DNA from: a virus
Taxonomy: Duplodnaviria > Caudoviricetes
Strand: one strand, 5' to 3'
IMG/VR virus record: IMGVR_UViG_3300033067_001263
Coordinates: 1 to 46,357 of that record
DNA length: 46,357 nt
Below are positions 28,360 to 36,345 of this stretch, one piece after another. The stretch's first letter is position 1; every line of letters starts with the position of its first letter. The translations under genes were made by a program, and so were the position numbers. The notes under the pieces were generated by a model. The model saw only the letters and a list, made by a program, of their open reading frames with translations. It was not told where the DNA came from and did no database searches.

Positions 28360-28608
28360 ATGGCAGAAAGAAATTACAAGAAAGAATATCAAAATTATCA
28401 AGGCAAACCGGAGCAAATAAAAAATCGTGCAAAAAGAAATGCAGCGAGAGCAAAAATGGAAAAAGCAGGAAAAGTTCGTAAAGGTGATGGAAAAGATGTT
28501 GATCATGTTAAAGGTGTTGGAGCCGGCAACGGGAAAAGCAATCTAAGGGTTCAGCCTAAATCAACAAATAGATCATTCCCACGAAATAAAAATGCAGGCA
28601 AAAGATAG
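28360..28608 (+). CDS. Small HNH-like nuclease-fold protein
   Basis: RNYKKEY...GDGKDVDH...NLRV...NRS, a widespread podoviral small HNH family; start after GGAGG. Confidence 0.8.
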   Translation: MAERNYKKEYQNYQGKPEQIKNRAKRNAARAKMEKAGKVRKGDGKDVDHVKGVGAGNGKSNLRVQPKSTNRSFPRNKNAGKR

Positions 28609-28615
28609 GTGAATT

Positions 28616-29014
28616 ATGGCAGACGCACATGTAGAAACTGAAAGTTTATGGCTACCAACTGATCAAACGTTGGCTACTGGTATTAGGGTTACAACGATAA
28701 CAGTAACGACAACGCATCGCTCTTTGGATTATTTGCTAAATGCGGCTGTTAGCGGAAGAACTTCTTTACCTGGCCGCAGAAAGCTGATCTTACGTAACTT
28801 AGACTCTACCAATCCTTTCTATATTACAGAAAGCGCTACTCAGACAGACACAGATGGCTGGGACGTACAGGAAGGCGCAGATATAAGTTTTGATGCAAGT
28901 CCGACGTTTACAGGGAACGTCGCAAGAATTAGCGATGTAGATAAAGGTGGCGGTGGCTTTTATCTAGTTTGCGACTCTGGAACGATTTCAGTAAAAGTAT
29001 TAGAGGCAAAATAA
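28616..29014 (+). CDS. Putative virion structural protein
   Basis: Beta-rich 132 aa (RRKLILRN...FYI...VKVLE). Confidence 0.55.
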   Translation: MADAHVETESLWLPTDQTLATGIRVTTITVTTTHRSLDYLLNAAVSGRTSLPGRRKLILRNLDSTNPFYITESATQTDTDGWDVQEGADISFDASPTFTGNVARISDVDKGGGGFYLVCDSGTISVKVLEAK

Positions 29015-29916
29015 TGAATATAGAAACCACAAAAAGAGATCCCTTTAAAGGTCAAAAAGGTGAGCCTGGTAAACCTGGGCTTGGCATTCAATCCTGGGAA
29101 CTCAAGGGTCATGGAATTAGAATAATTCTTACTGATGGCAGAGAAATTATTTTTGAAGATCTTCGTGGACCGCAGGGCGAGGCAGGTAAAGCTCCAGCGA
29201 TAGAAGATATTGCTCAAGTCGTTCTTAATGCAATTAAGCTTCCTAAGGACGGAGTTGATGGCAAGGACGGAATAAGCCCAGATCTAGAAAAGATTATCGC
29301 GGAAGTTTTAAAAAGAATTGAAATTCCTGCTCCTAAAGATGGAATAAGTCCAGATCCAGAAGATATTATTGCGGAGGTTCTAAAAAGAATTGAAATTCCT
29401 GCTCCCAAAGATGGTAAGAATGGAACGGACGGAATAAGTCCAGATCCAGAAAAGATTATCGCAGAGGTTCTAAAAAGAATTGAAATTCCCGCTCCTAAAG
29501 ATGGAACTGATGGTAAAGATGGAACTGATGGTAAAGACGGCAAAGATGCGCCATTTTCTACTTGGGTTAAAAACTATGATGTGCAAGGCAGTACAAATAT
29601 AGAAAATCCTTCTAATGTAATTTTCAAAATAGACTTTGATCAAGATACTGCTTATGGTGTAACTGCAAAAATTATTGCTCGTGGACCAAGTAAGCTAAAT
29701 TTCTTTTATGCAGAGAAGCATGGTTTGTTCTATAAAGATCCGAAAGGCTCAGTAGTTCGTGCGGATAGTGATGTTGCTGTATTTAGTCCGCGCAGATCTA
29801 ATCCTGCATTGAATTTTGAAATTCAATCAACGCTGACTGGAATACAGGTAATCGCTTTTGGACTTGAAGATGAGGAGATTTCATGGAAAGGCGAATTATC
29901 AATTGCATCTACTTAA
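29014..29916 (+). CDS. Collagen-like repeat protein
   Basis: Gxy runs (GQKGEPGKPG, DGKDG) and three 24-aa repeats; ATG 29014 is coupled to the upstream TAA. Confidence 0.75.
   Translation: MNIETTKRDPFKGQKGEPGKPGLGIQSWELKGHGIRIILTDGREIIFEDLRGPQGEAGKAPAIEDIAQVVLNAIKLPKDGVDGKDGISPDLEKIIAEVLKRIEIPAPKDGISPDPEDIIAEVLKRIEIPAPKDGKNGTDGISPDPEKIIAEVLKRIEIPAPKDGTDGKDGTDGKDGKDAPFSTWVKNYDVQGSTNIENPSNVIFKIDFDQDTAYGVTAKIIARGPSKLNFFYAEKHGLFYKDPKGSVVRADSDVAVFSPRRSNPALNFEIQSTLTGIQVIAFGLEDEEISWKGELSIAST
29266..29499 (+). repeat. Three 72-bp coding repeats (DGISPDxExIIAEVLKRIEIPAPK)
   Basis: 29266-29337, 29338-29409 and 29428-29499. Confidence 0.9.
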
Positions 29917-32351
29917 TACTTTTAGTATTTTTAGGACTTGATGCAAAAGCAAATTTAATAGATACCAATAAGGTTTCGATACAAAATTTATATCCGAAAG
30001 GCTTCACAAGTCAGTGCTTGAAAATGAATGGCTCTGCTGTTACTTGGGGTTCTTGCGGCTCTGGTGGTGGTGGTGGACTTAGTAATGTAGTCATCAACAA
30101 TGGTGATCTTTTTACTACGATTACCAATGGTACTCTGGCGACTAATGGTACAACGCTAATCAGGGTTTCTAACGGAGCAATTTTTAATGGATCTCTTTTT
30201 ACTACTTATTTCAATACTAAAAGCACTACTAACCTAAGCGAAGGTACAAATCTTTATTATACTGGTGCGAGAGTTAATGGAGATATTAGCGACACTATTG
30301 GCGTAACTACCCAAGCTTACGATGCAGACTTGTCAGCGGTTGCAGCTCTTTCTGGGACTGGATTTGCTGTTCGTACAGCATCTAATACTTGGACAACAAG
30401 GAATATTTCTTTTGATAATGGTATAACACTAACTAACAATGGTGGAGTTGCAGGCAATCCAAGAATAACTCAGGATCTAAGACTTAGCACATATACAAAC
30501 GATAGCAACTGGAGCGCAGAAGCTAATGGTGGCACAATGCGCTCAATACAAATCACCACTGATAATGGTATTACCTCTAGTGTAACTGGCCTAAGCGGTA
30601 ATGGCGGAGCTTTGAGATTGTCTAATAATTTAGCTTTGAGTACATATACCAATGATGCAGGTTTTTTAACTGGTAATCAGACTATAACTTTATCAAGTGA
30701 TGTTACTGGGTCAGGCACAACAGGAATTACAACAACGATTGCTAATAGTGCTATTACTACTGGCAAGATTAGCAATGGTGCGGTTGGCACTGTAGATTTG
30801 GCTAACAGCTCTATTACCTCAGGCAAAATTCTTAATGGTACAATCCTCGTGGCTGACATTGATAACGGCACTCACGGCTATTACATGAAGTCAGTGAACG
30901 GTTCTGTAGTATGGGCAACTGCTGGTAGCTCTGATGCAGCGACTCTAGACGGATTAGACTCAACACAATTTTTAAGATCTGATACTTCTGATAACTATAC
31001 TTCTGGGACTTTGACATTAGATGCTGGTACTACTTTTGATGTCAATTCTACGGCTGTAAGTATTGCTGACACTAATATCTCCTTTGACGGTGCTTCCACT
31101 ACCTTTACTGGTACTGGTGCTATGACTATTACTCCTGGTGCTGGTACTAACTTCTTGGTACAGCAATCACAAAATGGTACAACACAGTTTAAAAACAGTT
31201 CTGGATCAGTTATAGCTATTTTAAACTCTACTAGTTCTTATGGTAATCCTAGTGTTACCTCTATCTTTGGGGACTCTGTAATTAAGTTTCAAGAAAACGG
31301 CAGGACTCAATGGGCAATAGGATTCAAAGCCAATGGTGATACATTCAGGATTGATGATAGCGGACTGTTTGCTAATAACCGTTTTGTAATGAAGAATGAC
31401 GGCAATGTAGGTATTGGTATTGCAACCCCAGTACATAAACTTTCGGTAGCTGGCACTATTAATGCTACTGGTAATATAACTGGTGTGAACCTTTCTGGTA
31501 CTAATACTGGAGATCAGACGATAACCCTTACTGGTGATGTAACTGGTTCAGGCACTGGATCTTTTGCTGCGACTATTGTCAATAATGCGGTAACCTCAGG
31601 AAAGATTAGCAATGGTGCTGTTACTTCGGCCGATCTAGCCTCTAGTGCTGTTGGGACTTCTAATATTGCGGCCAATGCGGTTACATCAGCTAAGATTTCA
31701 AATGGCACTATTATTGGTGCTGACCTGGCAAATGCTGATTTTGGTTCATTCACTGTATCTTCTGGAACTGCCACTATAGATGCCAACTCGATAACATCAG
31801 CAATGATAACTAATGCGACCGTAGCTACAGCAGACATTGCATCATCAATAACTTTGACTACGCCTAATATTGGTGCTGCCACTGGAACAAGCTTAACTCT
31901 CACGGGGAAAATGGTTGCTGGTACAAATGTCAACGGCACAACGTTCAATGCTACAAAGCTCTTAGCAAGTGGCACTTTCAATGGCGTGAGCTTAAATGTG
32001 AGCAATGGTGCAGCTTTTTTATCAGTTAAAAATATTGGCAACGGTGGCACGACAGAGGCTTTTGATTTTACTAAAGCAAATAAGTTTATTATGGCTTTAA
32101 ACGCATCTACTTGTGCTATTAGTGCAAGCACTGACCCAAGAGGCGCAACGTCATTGCAGTTAATGATACAGCAAAGGGCAGGATCACAGACGGTAACATG
32201 GACTGCTTGCGGCTCTGCTAGTGGCTTCTGTTGGCCTGGCGGTACAGCACCAACGCTGACAACATCAGCTAACGCAATAGACGTAATTAGCTGCTTGTAT
32301 AACCCTACAAAAGATAGGTACTATTGCAATTCGAGTTTAGATTTTAGATAA
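29883..32351 (+). CDS. Long tail-fibre-like protein with N-terminal signal peptide
   Basis: Fibre motifs NLSEGTNLYYT, QAYDADL, TLDGLDSTQFLRSD, GNVGIG, ITLTGDVTGSG, VTSAKI repeats and WPGGTAPTLT. N-terminus MERRIINCIYLILLVFLGLDAKA|N. Confidence 0.8.
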   Translation: MERRIINCIYLILLVFLGLDAKANLIDTNKVSIQNLYPKGFTSQCLKMNGSAVTWGSCGSGGGGGLSNVVINNGDLFTTITNGTLATNGTTLIRVSNGAIFNGSLFTTYFNTKSTTNLSEGTNLYYTGARVNGDISDTIGVTTQAYDADLSAVAALSGTGFAVRTASNTWTTRNISFDNGITLTNNGGVAGNPRITQDLRLSTYTNDSNWSAEANGGTMRSIQITTDNGITSSVTGLSGNGGALRLSNNLALSTYTNDAGFLTGNQTITLSSDVTGSGTTGITTTIANSAITTGKISNGAVGTVDLANSSITSGKILNGTILVADIDNGTHGYYMKSVNGSVVWATAGSSDAATLDGLDSTQFLRSDTSDNYTSGTLTLDAGTTFDVNSTAVSIADTNISFDGASTTFTGTGAMTITPGAGTNFLVQQSQNGTTQFKNSSGSVIAILNSTSSYGNPSVTSIFGDSVIKFQENGRTQWAIGFKANGDTFRIDDSGLFANNRFVMKNDGNVGIGIATPVHKLSVAGTINATGNITGVNLSGTNTGDQTITLTGDVTGSGTGSFAATIVNNAVTSGKISNGAVTSADLASSAVGTSNIAANAVTSAKISNGTIIGADLANADFGSFTVSSGTATIDANSITSAMITNATVATADIASSITLTTPNIGAATGTSLTLTGKMVAGTNVNGTTFNATKLLASGTFNGVSLNVSNGAAFLSVKNIGNGGTTEAFDFTKANKFIMALNASTCAISASTDPRGATSLQLMIQQRAGSQTVTWTACGSASGFCWPGGTAPTLTTSANAIDVISCLYNPTKDRYYCNSSLDFR

Positions 32352-32360
32352 GGAGAAATT

Positions 32361-32780
32361 ATGAATAAAGCAGAATTAGTAGAAAACTTAAAATCAAGAG
32401 TGGTGGACATTATCAGCGAGAGTGGAGCTAGATCACTCAATGCAAACATAGATGGCAAGCGAGCTGCGGAGTATAGCTATCTTGTCAGATATGCTAAAGG
32501 ATTAAGTTTAAGTGGTGAGGAATTAGTCAATATCGTTGTGTATAACGAGGGGCAAGAAAATGAAACTGCTTACTACGCACACGGAGCTAATGAAACATTG
32601 CCTGGTGGGAAGAACGACTACCAAATTATGATCGAATTAGCCAATCAAATTGATCCTAATGTAATTGTTTTAGATGAGATTGCTGATGGCGTTTGGAAGA
32701 TACAAAACTCAGACGGTTCTATTAAGCTAGTAACACTTAACAAGGATAAAACAGGCTTTATTGCAATCGCAAGCAAATGA
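32361..32780 (+). CDS. Hypothetical protein, possible fibre chaperone
   Basis: 139-aa ORF with SD AAGGAG directly after the fibre gene. Confidence 0.6.
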   Translation: MNKAELVENLKSRVVDIISESGARSLNANIDGKRAAEYSYLVRYAKGLSLSGEELVNIVVYNEGQENETAYYAHGANETLPGGKNDYQIMIELANQIDPNVIVLDEIADGVWKIQNSDGSIKLVTLNKDKTGFIAIASK

Positions 32781-33904
32781 GAAGATGGATAGCACTATTA
32801 CTAGTTTTATTTATTTTGCCAGCAAAAGCTGCTTGGTATAACAACTCATGGCAGAAACGAATTAAAGTAACGGTTAGGCATGCAAACGTAGATGCGGATT
32901 TAACTAATTTCCCAGTTTACCTTAACCTAGATGATTTTCCAGATAGTTTTTTTGATGATTGTTTAGCAAATGGAGCTGATCTTAGGATAACCAGTTCAAA
33001 CGAAACAACTGAATTAGCAAGGGAAGTAGTATGGTTGAGTAAGACAAGCAATCAAGGTGAGCTTTATTTCAAGGCTCCGAATCTATACAATTCTACTAAC
33101 GCAGATTTTTATTTATACTACAAAAACCCATCAGCAACTCAGTATGGAGAGGGTGATACTTACGGAGCTGAGAATGTTTGGACTAATGGGTATAAAGGTG
33201 TTTGGCATCTACAAGAATCTACTGGCACTACATTAACTGATTCAACCGCGTCTGATGCAGACATGACTACTAGTGGTTCTCCGACTTTATCTGCTACAGG
33301 GAAGATTGGTAAGGGTGTAGATTTTGAAGCGAGTTCGTCTCAAAGAGCTACAAGCACTGATGCTGATCTACAGATAACTGGAGATCACACGATACAAGCG
33401 TGGGGCAACAACGAATCATTTTCAAACAGCTCGGCAGGTACTACTATTGCATCTTGGGGTGAAAATGCTGCTGGCAAGCGTAGAATGATAATTGCTGATG
33501 GGGCTAACTTTGCTCCACCTCGATTGCGTTATAGTTCTATGGGTGGTGATTTTGGTTCAGGGACTACCAGTCTAAGTACATCAACTTGGTATTTCTATGT
33601 AGGTACTGTTGCGAGTGGTTCTGGTACTGTATATGTGAATAAAACTTCTAATGGTACGGGCTCACCTACACTTAATGCTTGGTCTTCTTTTAATGCAGTA
33701 ATTGCATCAACGCCAGCAGCGACTGGTGAATATTATGACGGTATTCTAGATGAAGTAAGATTTTCAAACGTAGCAAGAACTTCTACTTGGCTCTCAACGG
33801 AGTATAACAACGTAAACAGTTCTTCTACTTTCTATAGTCTCGCTGCTGCAGAAGATGTACCAGAAACAGCCAGTGATGCGATATTTTACGGGGTTGAATT
33901 CTAA
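32777..33904 (+). CDS. DUF2341 + LamG/ConA-like lectin domain protein with signal peptide
   Basis: W...W.KR..TV, LTNFPV, GADLRIT, YLYY.NP, GVWHL.E, GKIG and DGILDEVRFSN motifs. N-terminus MRRWIALLLVLFILPAKA|A. Confidence 0.8.
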   Translation: MRRWIALLLVLFILPAKAAWYNNSWQKRIKVTVRHANVDADLTNFPVYLNLDDFPDSFFDDCLANGADLRITSSNETTELAREVVWLSKTSNQGELYFKAPNLYNSTNADFYLYYKNPSATQYGEGDTYGAENVWTNGYKGVWHLQESTGTTLTDSTASDADMTTSGSPTLSATGKIGKGVDFEASSSQRATSTDADLQITGDHTIQAWGNNESFSNSSAGTTIASWGENAAGKRRMIIADGANFAPPRLRYSSMGGDFGSGTTSLSTSTWYFYVGTVASGSGTVYVNKTSNGTGSPTLNAWSSFNAVIASTPAATGEYYDGILDEVRFSNVARTSTWLSTEYNNVNSSSTFYSLAAAEDVPETASDAIFYGVEF

Positions 33905-33910
33905 GGTATA

Positions 33911-34432
33911 ATGCAAAAATTAGCTTTAATCGCAATTATAATCACCATTGCCACAGTTCATGACGCAGGCGCAAGACCAATTAGGCACTACGTCAAATTT
34001 ACAGGATTTGATCCTGTTCTAGCCGAGCAAATTAAAATTGAATTGGACTCTAAGATGGCGAGATATTTTGATTTCAAGTATGTTGATAATCTTGCAGAGA
34101 CAGGCGGTATAAATATTATTTACACTGATGATTTTCCTAAATGCTTTAATACTGTTTTTGGTTCAATTTATAACAATAATTATGAACGATTGCCCTTGAT
34201 GCAAGTTGTTATCAACAGCTCTTGCATAGAGCCTTATCAAGAAGTCAATAAAGTTAATGCTTTCTTTAATGCGATTAATCACGAAGTTAGATGTCATGCG
34301 GCTTCTGGTATTAAAGAACATATGCCATCTAACGGCAAGATAGATCTATGCGATCCAAAGCTTAGTACCGCAAAGATATATTTTACTAAGCGAGATTTTG
34401 AATGGATCAAAAGCAATCTAGACGAAATATAA
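33911..34432 (+). CDS. Secreted zincin/matrixin-like metallopeptidase candidate
   Basis: Signal MQKLALIAIIITIATVHDAGA|R; HEVRCHAASGIKEH; C-terminal FT.RD...I helix. Confidence 0.55.
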   Translation: MQKLALIAIIITIATVHDAGARPIRHYVKFTGFDPVLAEQIKIELDSKMARYFDFKYVDNLAETGGINIIYTDDFPKCFNTVFGSIYNNNYERLPLMQVVINSSCIEPYQEVNKVNAFFNAINHEVRCHAASGIKEHMPSNGKIDLCDPKLSTAKIYFTKRDFEWIKSNLDEI

Positions 34433-34936
34433 AGAGTCATTTACTCTGCCGAATTTACGAAGTTTTTCTTTGATAAACTCTCTCTGGCTGCCTGAAAAAT
34501 ATAGATCCGCTTCTCTTGCATGGCGAGCTAATACTGGTGGGTTCTTGCGGTCCCATTTAAGGAACTCGTCTATAATCAATAGATCATTTGGATCAAGGTT
34601 AATTCTCATACTAATCCCAGTTCTGGAGCCGTTTCTATTAACTAATGCTTGATGTCCGAGGTTGTATAAAAAGCTGCAAAGCGCATCAAATTGATTTTGG
34701 TTTAATTCTGATTTAATGTGGATAGAAATATCAGGATAAACAACTTTTTCAAGATAGTCTTCTAAGTATTCATAGGCTATTTGTTCAGTAATTGGGCTAT
34801 CTCCGATATTGACTTTTCTACCATCTGGATAAAGAGTGGTTCCGATGCCAATGGTAGTTACTCCACGGTTGCAGTAATAGGGGGTTAGACTTAAACCTTC
34901 TTGGTCTGCAAGGAATTTTTTGTTTTGCATTTGCAT
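34418..34936 (-). CDS. Endolysin, GH24 phage lysozyme
   Basis: EG......YYC..GVTTIGIG (E-x8-C-x5-T triad), LNQNQFDALCSF.YN.G, and R..READLY. Confidence 0.92.
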   Translation of the reverse strand: MQMQNKKFLADQEGLSLTPYYCNRGVTTIGIGTTLYPDGRKVNIGDSPITEQIAYEYLEDYLEKVVYPDISIHIKSELNQNQFDALCSFLYNLGHQALVNRNGSRTGISMRINLDPNDLLIIDEFLKWDRKNPPVLARHAREADLYFSGSQREFIKEKLRKFGRVNDSLYFV

Positions 34937-34938
34937 AA

Positions 34939-35262
34939 TTAATGTAATTGAAATCTAAGTTTAATAAGAAAGACTAGAAGTCCAAGCGCTCCTGCAAGTG
35001 TCCATTTCCAAATACTTAGTCGCTCTATTTTCTTTTCAGCACTGTCAAGTCTTTTTTCTATGTCCTCAAGTTCTGTAAGTTTGGTCAAGGCAATTGCAGT
35101 TTTATGGCTTTCCTCTTTGATCGCTTCTAGCGTATCGTTAATTCGCATTAGCCAATCTTTGAGGTCGGCATGATTTACGTGAAGCACGCTAATTCTTTCT
35201 GCAACTACTTGCATATCTGTTTCGAGCTTATTTACCCTTACATCAAGTGTACCATTATCCAT
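34939..35262 (-). CDS. Holin-like / XhlA-like coiled-coil protein with C-terminal TM
   Basis: Coiled coil followed by WKWTLAGALGLLVFLI; adjacent to the endolysin. Confidence 0.6.
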   Translation of the reverse strand: MDNGTLDVRVNKLETDMQVVAERISVLHVNHADLKDWLMRINDTLEAIKEESHKTAIALTKLTELEDIEKRLDSAEKKIERLSIWKWTLAGALGLLVFLIKLRFQLH

Positions 35263-35264
35263 AA

Positions 35265-35654
35265 TTATTTCCAGCCTTTGTTTTTAGGGTTTGCCCTATT
35301 CCAAATCCTTACAGCAAGCCACATTTGCCATGCAAGTGGACCCCAAACGCCTTCATGTTCGCAAAGTTCTCTGAAAATCTTATGGGTGTCTTTTTGGCTT
35401 CGCTCCTTAGTTCTGCAATAATGATCATGAATTATTGCTGCTTCTTCGGTATCACCGGCAAATGGGTCTCCAACGGTAGGAAGATACTTGAATCCAGGGG
35501 GTAATGATTTACCATCAGTAATGGTTCCTTCTGGTACAAACCAAGTATTTCCTTGATCGTCAAGGACTCCAAAAGGTGCTAATGTTCTCTTAAATTTGTT
35601 ACCAGGCAGGGACTCTGTCTTTAAATTACCATGCGTGTATTCAACAACTGCCAT
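35265..35654 (-). CDS. DUF1353-family protein
   Basis: VPEG.ITDGKS.P...AAIIHDHYC...AVR pattern; start placed at ATG 35654. Confidence 0.8.
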   Translation of the reverse strand: MAVVEYTHGNLKTESLPGNKFKRTLAPFGVLDDQGNTWFVPEGTITDGKSLPPGFKYLPTVGDPFAGDTEEAAIIHDHYCRTKERSQKDTHKIFRELCEHEGVWGPLAWQMWLAVRIWNRANPKNKGWK

Positions 35655-35700
35655 ATTACGATTATAATAGGACTTTTTCAAATTGTGTTAAGATGAGAGT
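35655..35700. promoter_or_regulatory. Back-to-back -10 boxes, each 6 nt from an ATG
   Basis: Minus strand TATAAT(35666-35661)-cgtaat-ATG; plus strand TG-t-TAAGAT(35689-35694)-gagagt-ATG. Confidence 0.6.
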
Positions 35701-36174
35701 ATGTTGGTTGGTGGAATTGACCCTGGACGTGAGGGTTTTCTTTGTGTTTTAAACGATAAAAATGAGCCGATTTTTTATAAATTGCCTTATGAAAACGGTG
35801 AGTTAAATATCCCAATTTTTGAGGCCGCAATCCAGTTGCTAGATGTTGTTTTTGTTGAGATGCCGATTGGTGGTGCTTTTGCTAATAAGAATACCCGGGA
35901 TCGGGATTTTGGAGAACTGCGTGGCTTGATTAGGCGCGTAAGTGCTTTTATAACGATAATGCCAATGGTGTGGAAGAAATACTTTGGACTTGATGGGGAT
36001 AAGAAAAAATCAATCGCATTGGCGCAAAAATTATATCCAGATGCAGATTTGAAATACTATACTCCCGGTGGTAAGCCTACCGATAAATTTGATGACAATA
36101 AAGCAGAGGCGTTACTTATTGCGCACTTTGGGAAGTCTAACGCGATGCTGCAGAGTAATAATTCTAGTCTCTAG
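35701..36174 (+). CDS. RuvC-like Holliday junction resolvase
   Basis: GIDPG, VFVE, P.VWKKY, and DD.KAEALLIA motifs. Confidence 0.85.
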   Translation: MLVGGIDPGREGFLCVLNDKNEPIFYKLPYENGELNIPIFEAAIQLLDVVFVEMPIGGAFANKNTRDRDFGELRGLIRRVSAFITIMPMVWKKYFGLDGDKKKSIALAQKLYPDADLKYYTPGGKPTDKFDDNKAEALLIAHFGKSNAMLQSNNSSL

Positions 36175-36345
36175 TTTATCTGCGATACGTAGCTTGGACA
36201 TGTGTTTATAGCTTTGAAAATAATTTTCATTTTCGTCCATCTCTTTAGCAATCAAATGGAATAAATCGCTGTATTCTTTGAGCATCGCCTCAAGTCTTTC
36301 TTGCTTTCTTGTTTTCTTTGGGGTATTAGAATTCAACTTCAGCAT
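36112..36345 (-). CDS. Hypothetical protein
   Basis: 77-aa ORF with SD AGGAG, overlapping the primase end. Confidence 0.55.
   Translation of the reverse strand: MLKLNSNTPKKTRKQERLEAMLKEYSDLFHLIAKEMDENENYFQSYKHMSKLRIADKLETRIITLQHRVRLPKVRNK

Noticed and set aside
31514-32131. 205-aa antisense ORF, plus similar antisense ORFs at 29214, 9254 and 6365
   Set aside because: Mirror frames of repetitive or biased sense genes, lacking translation signals.
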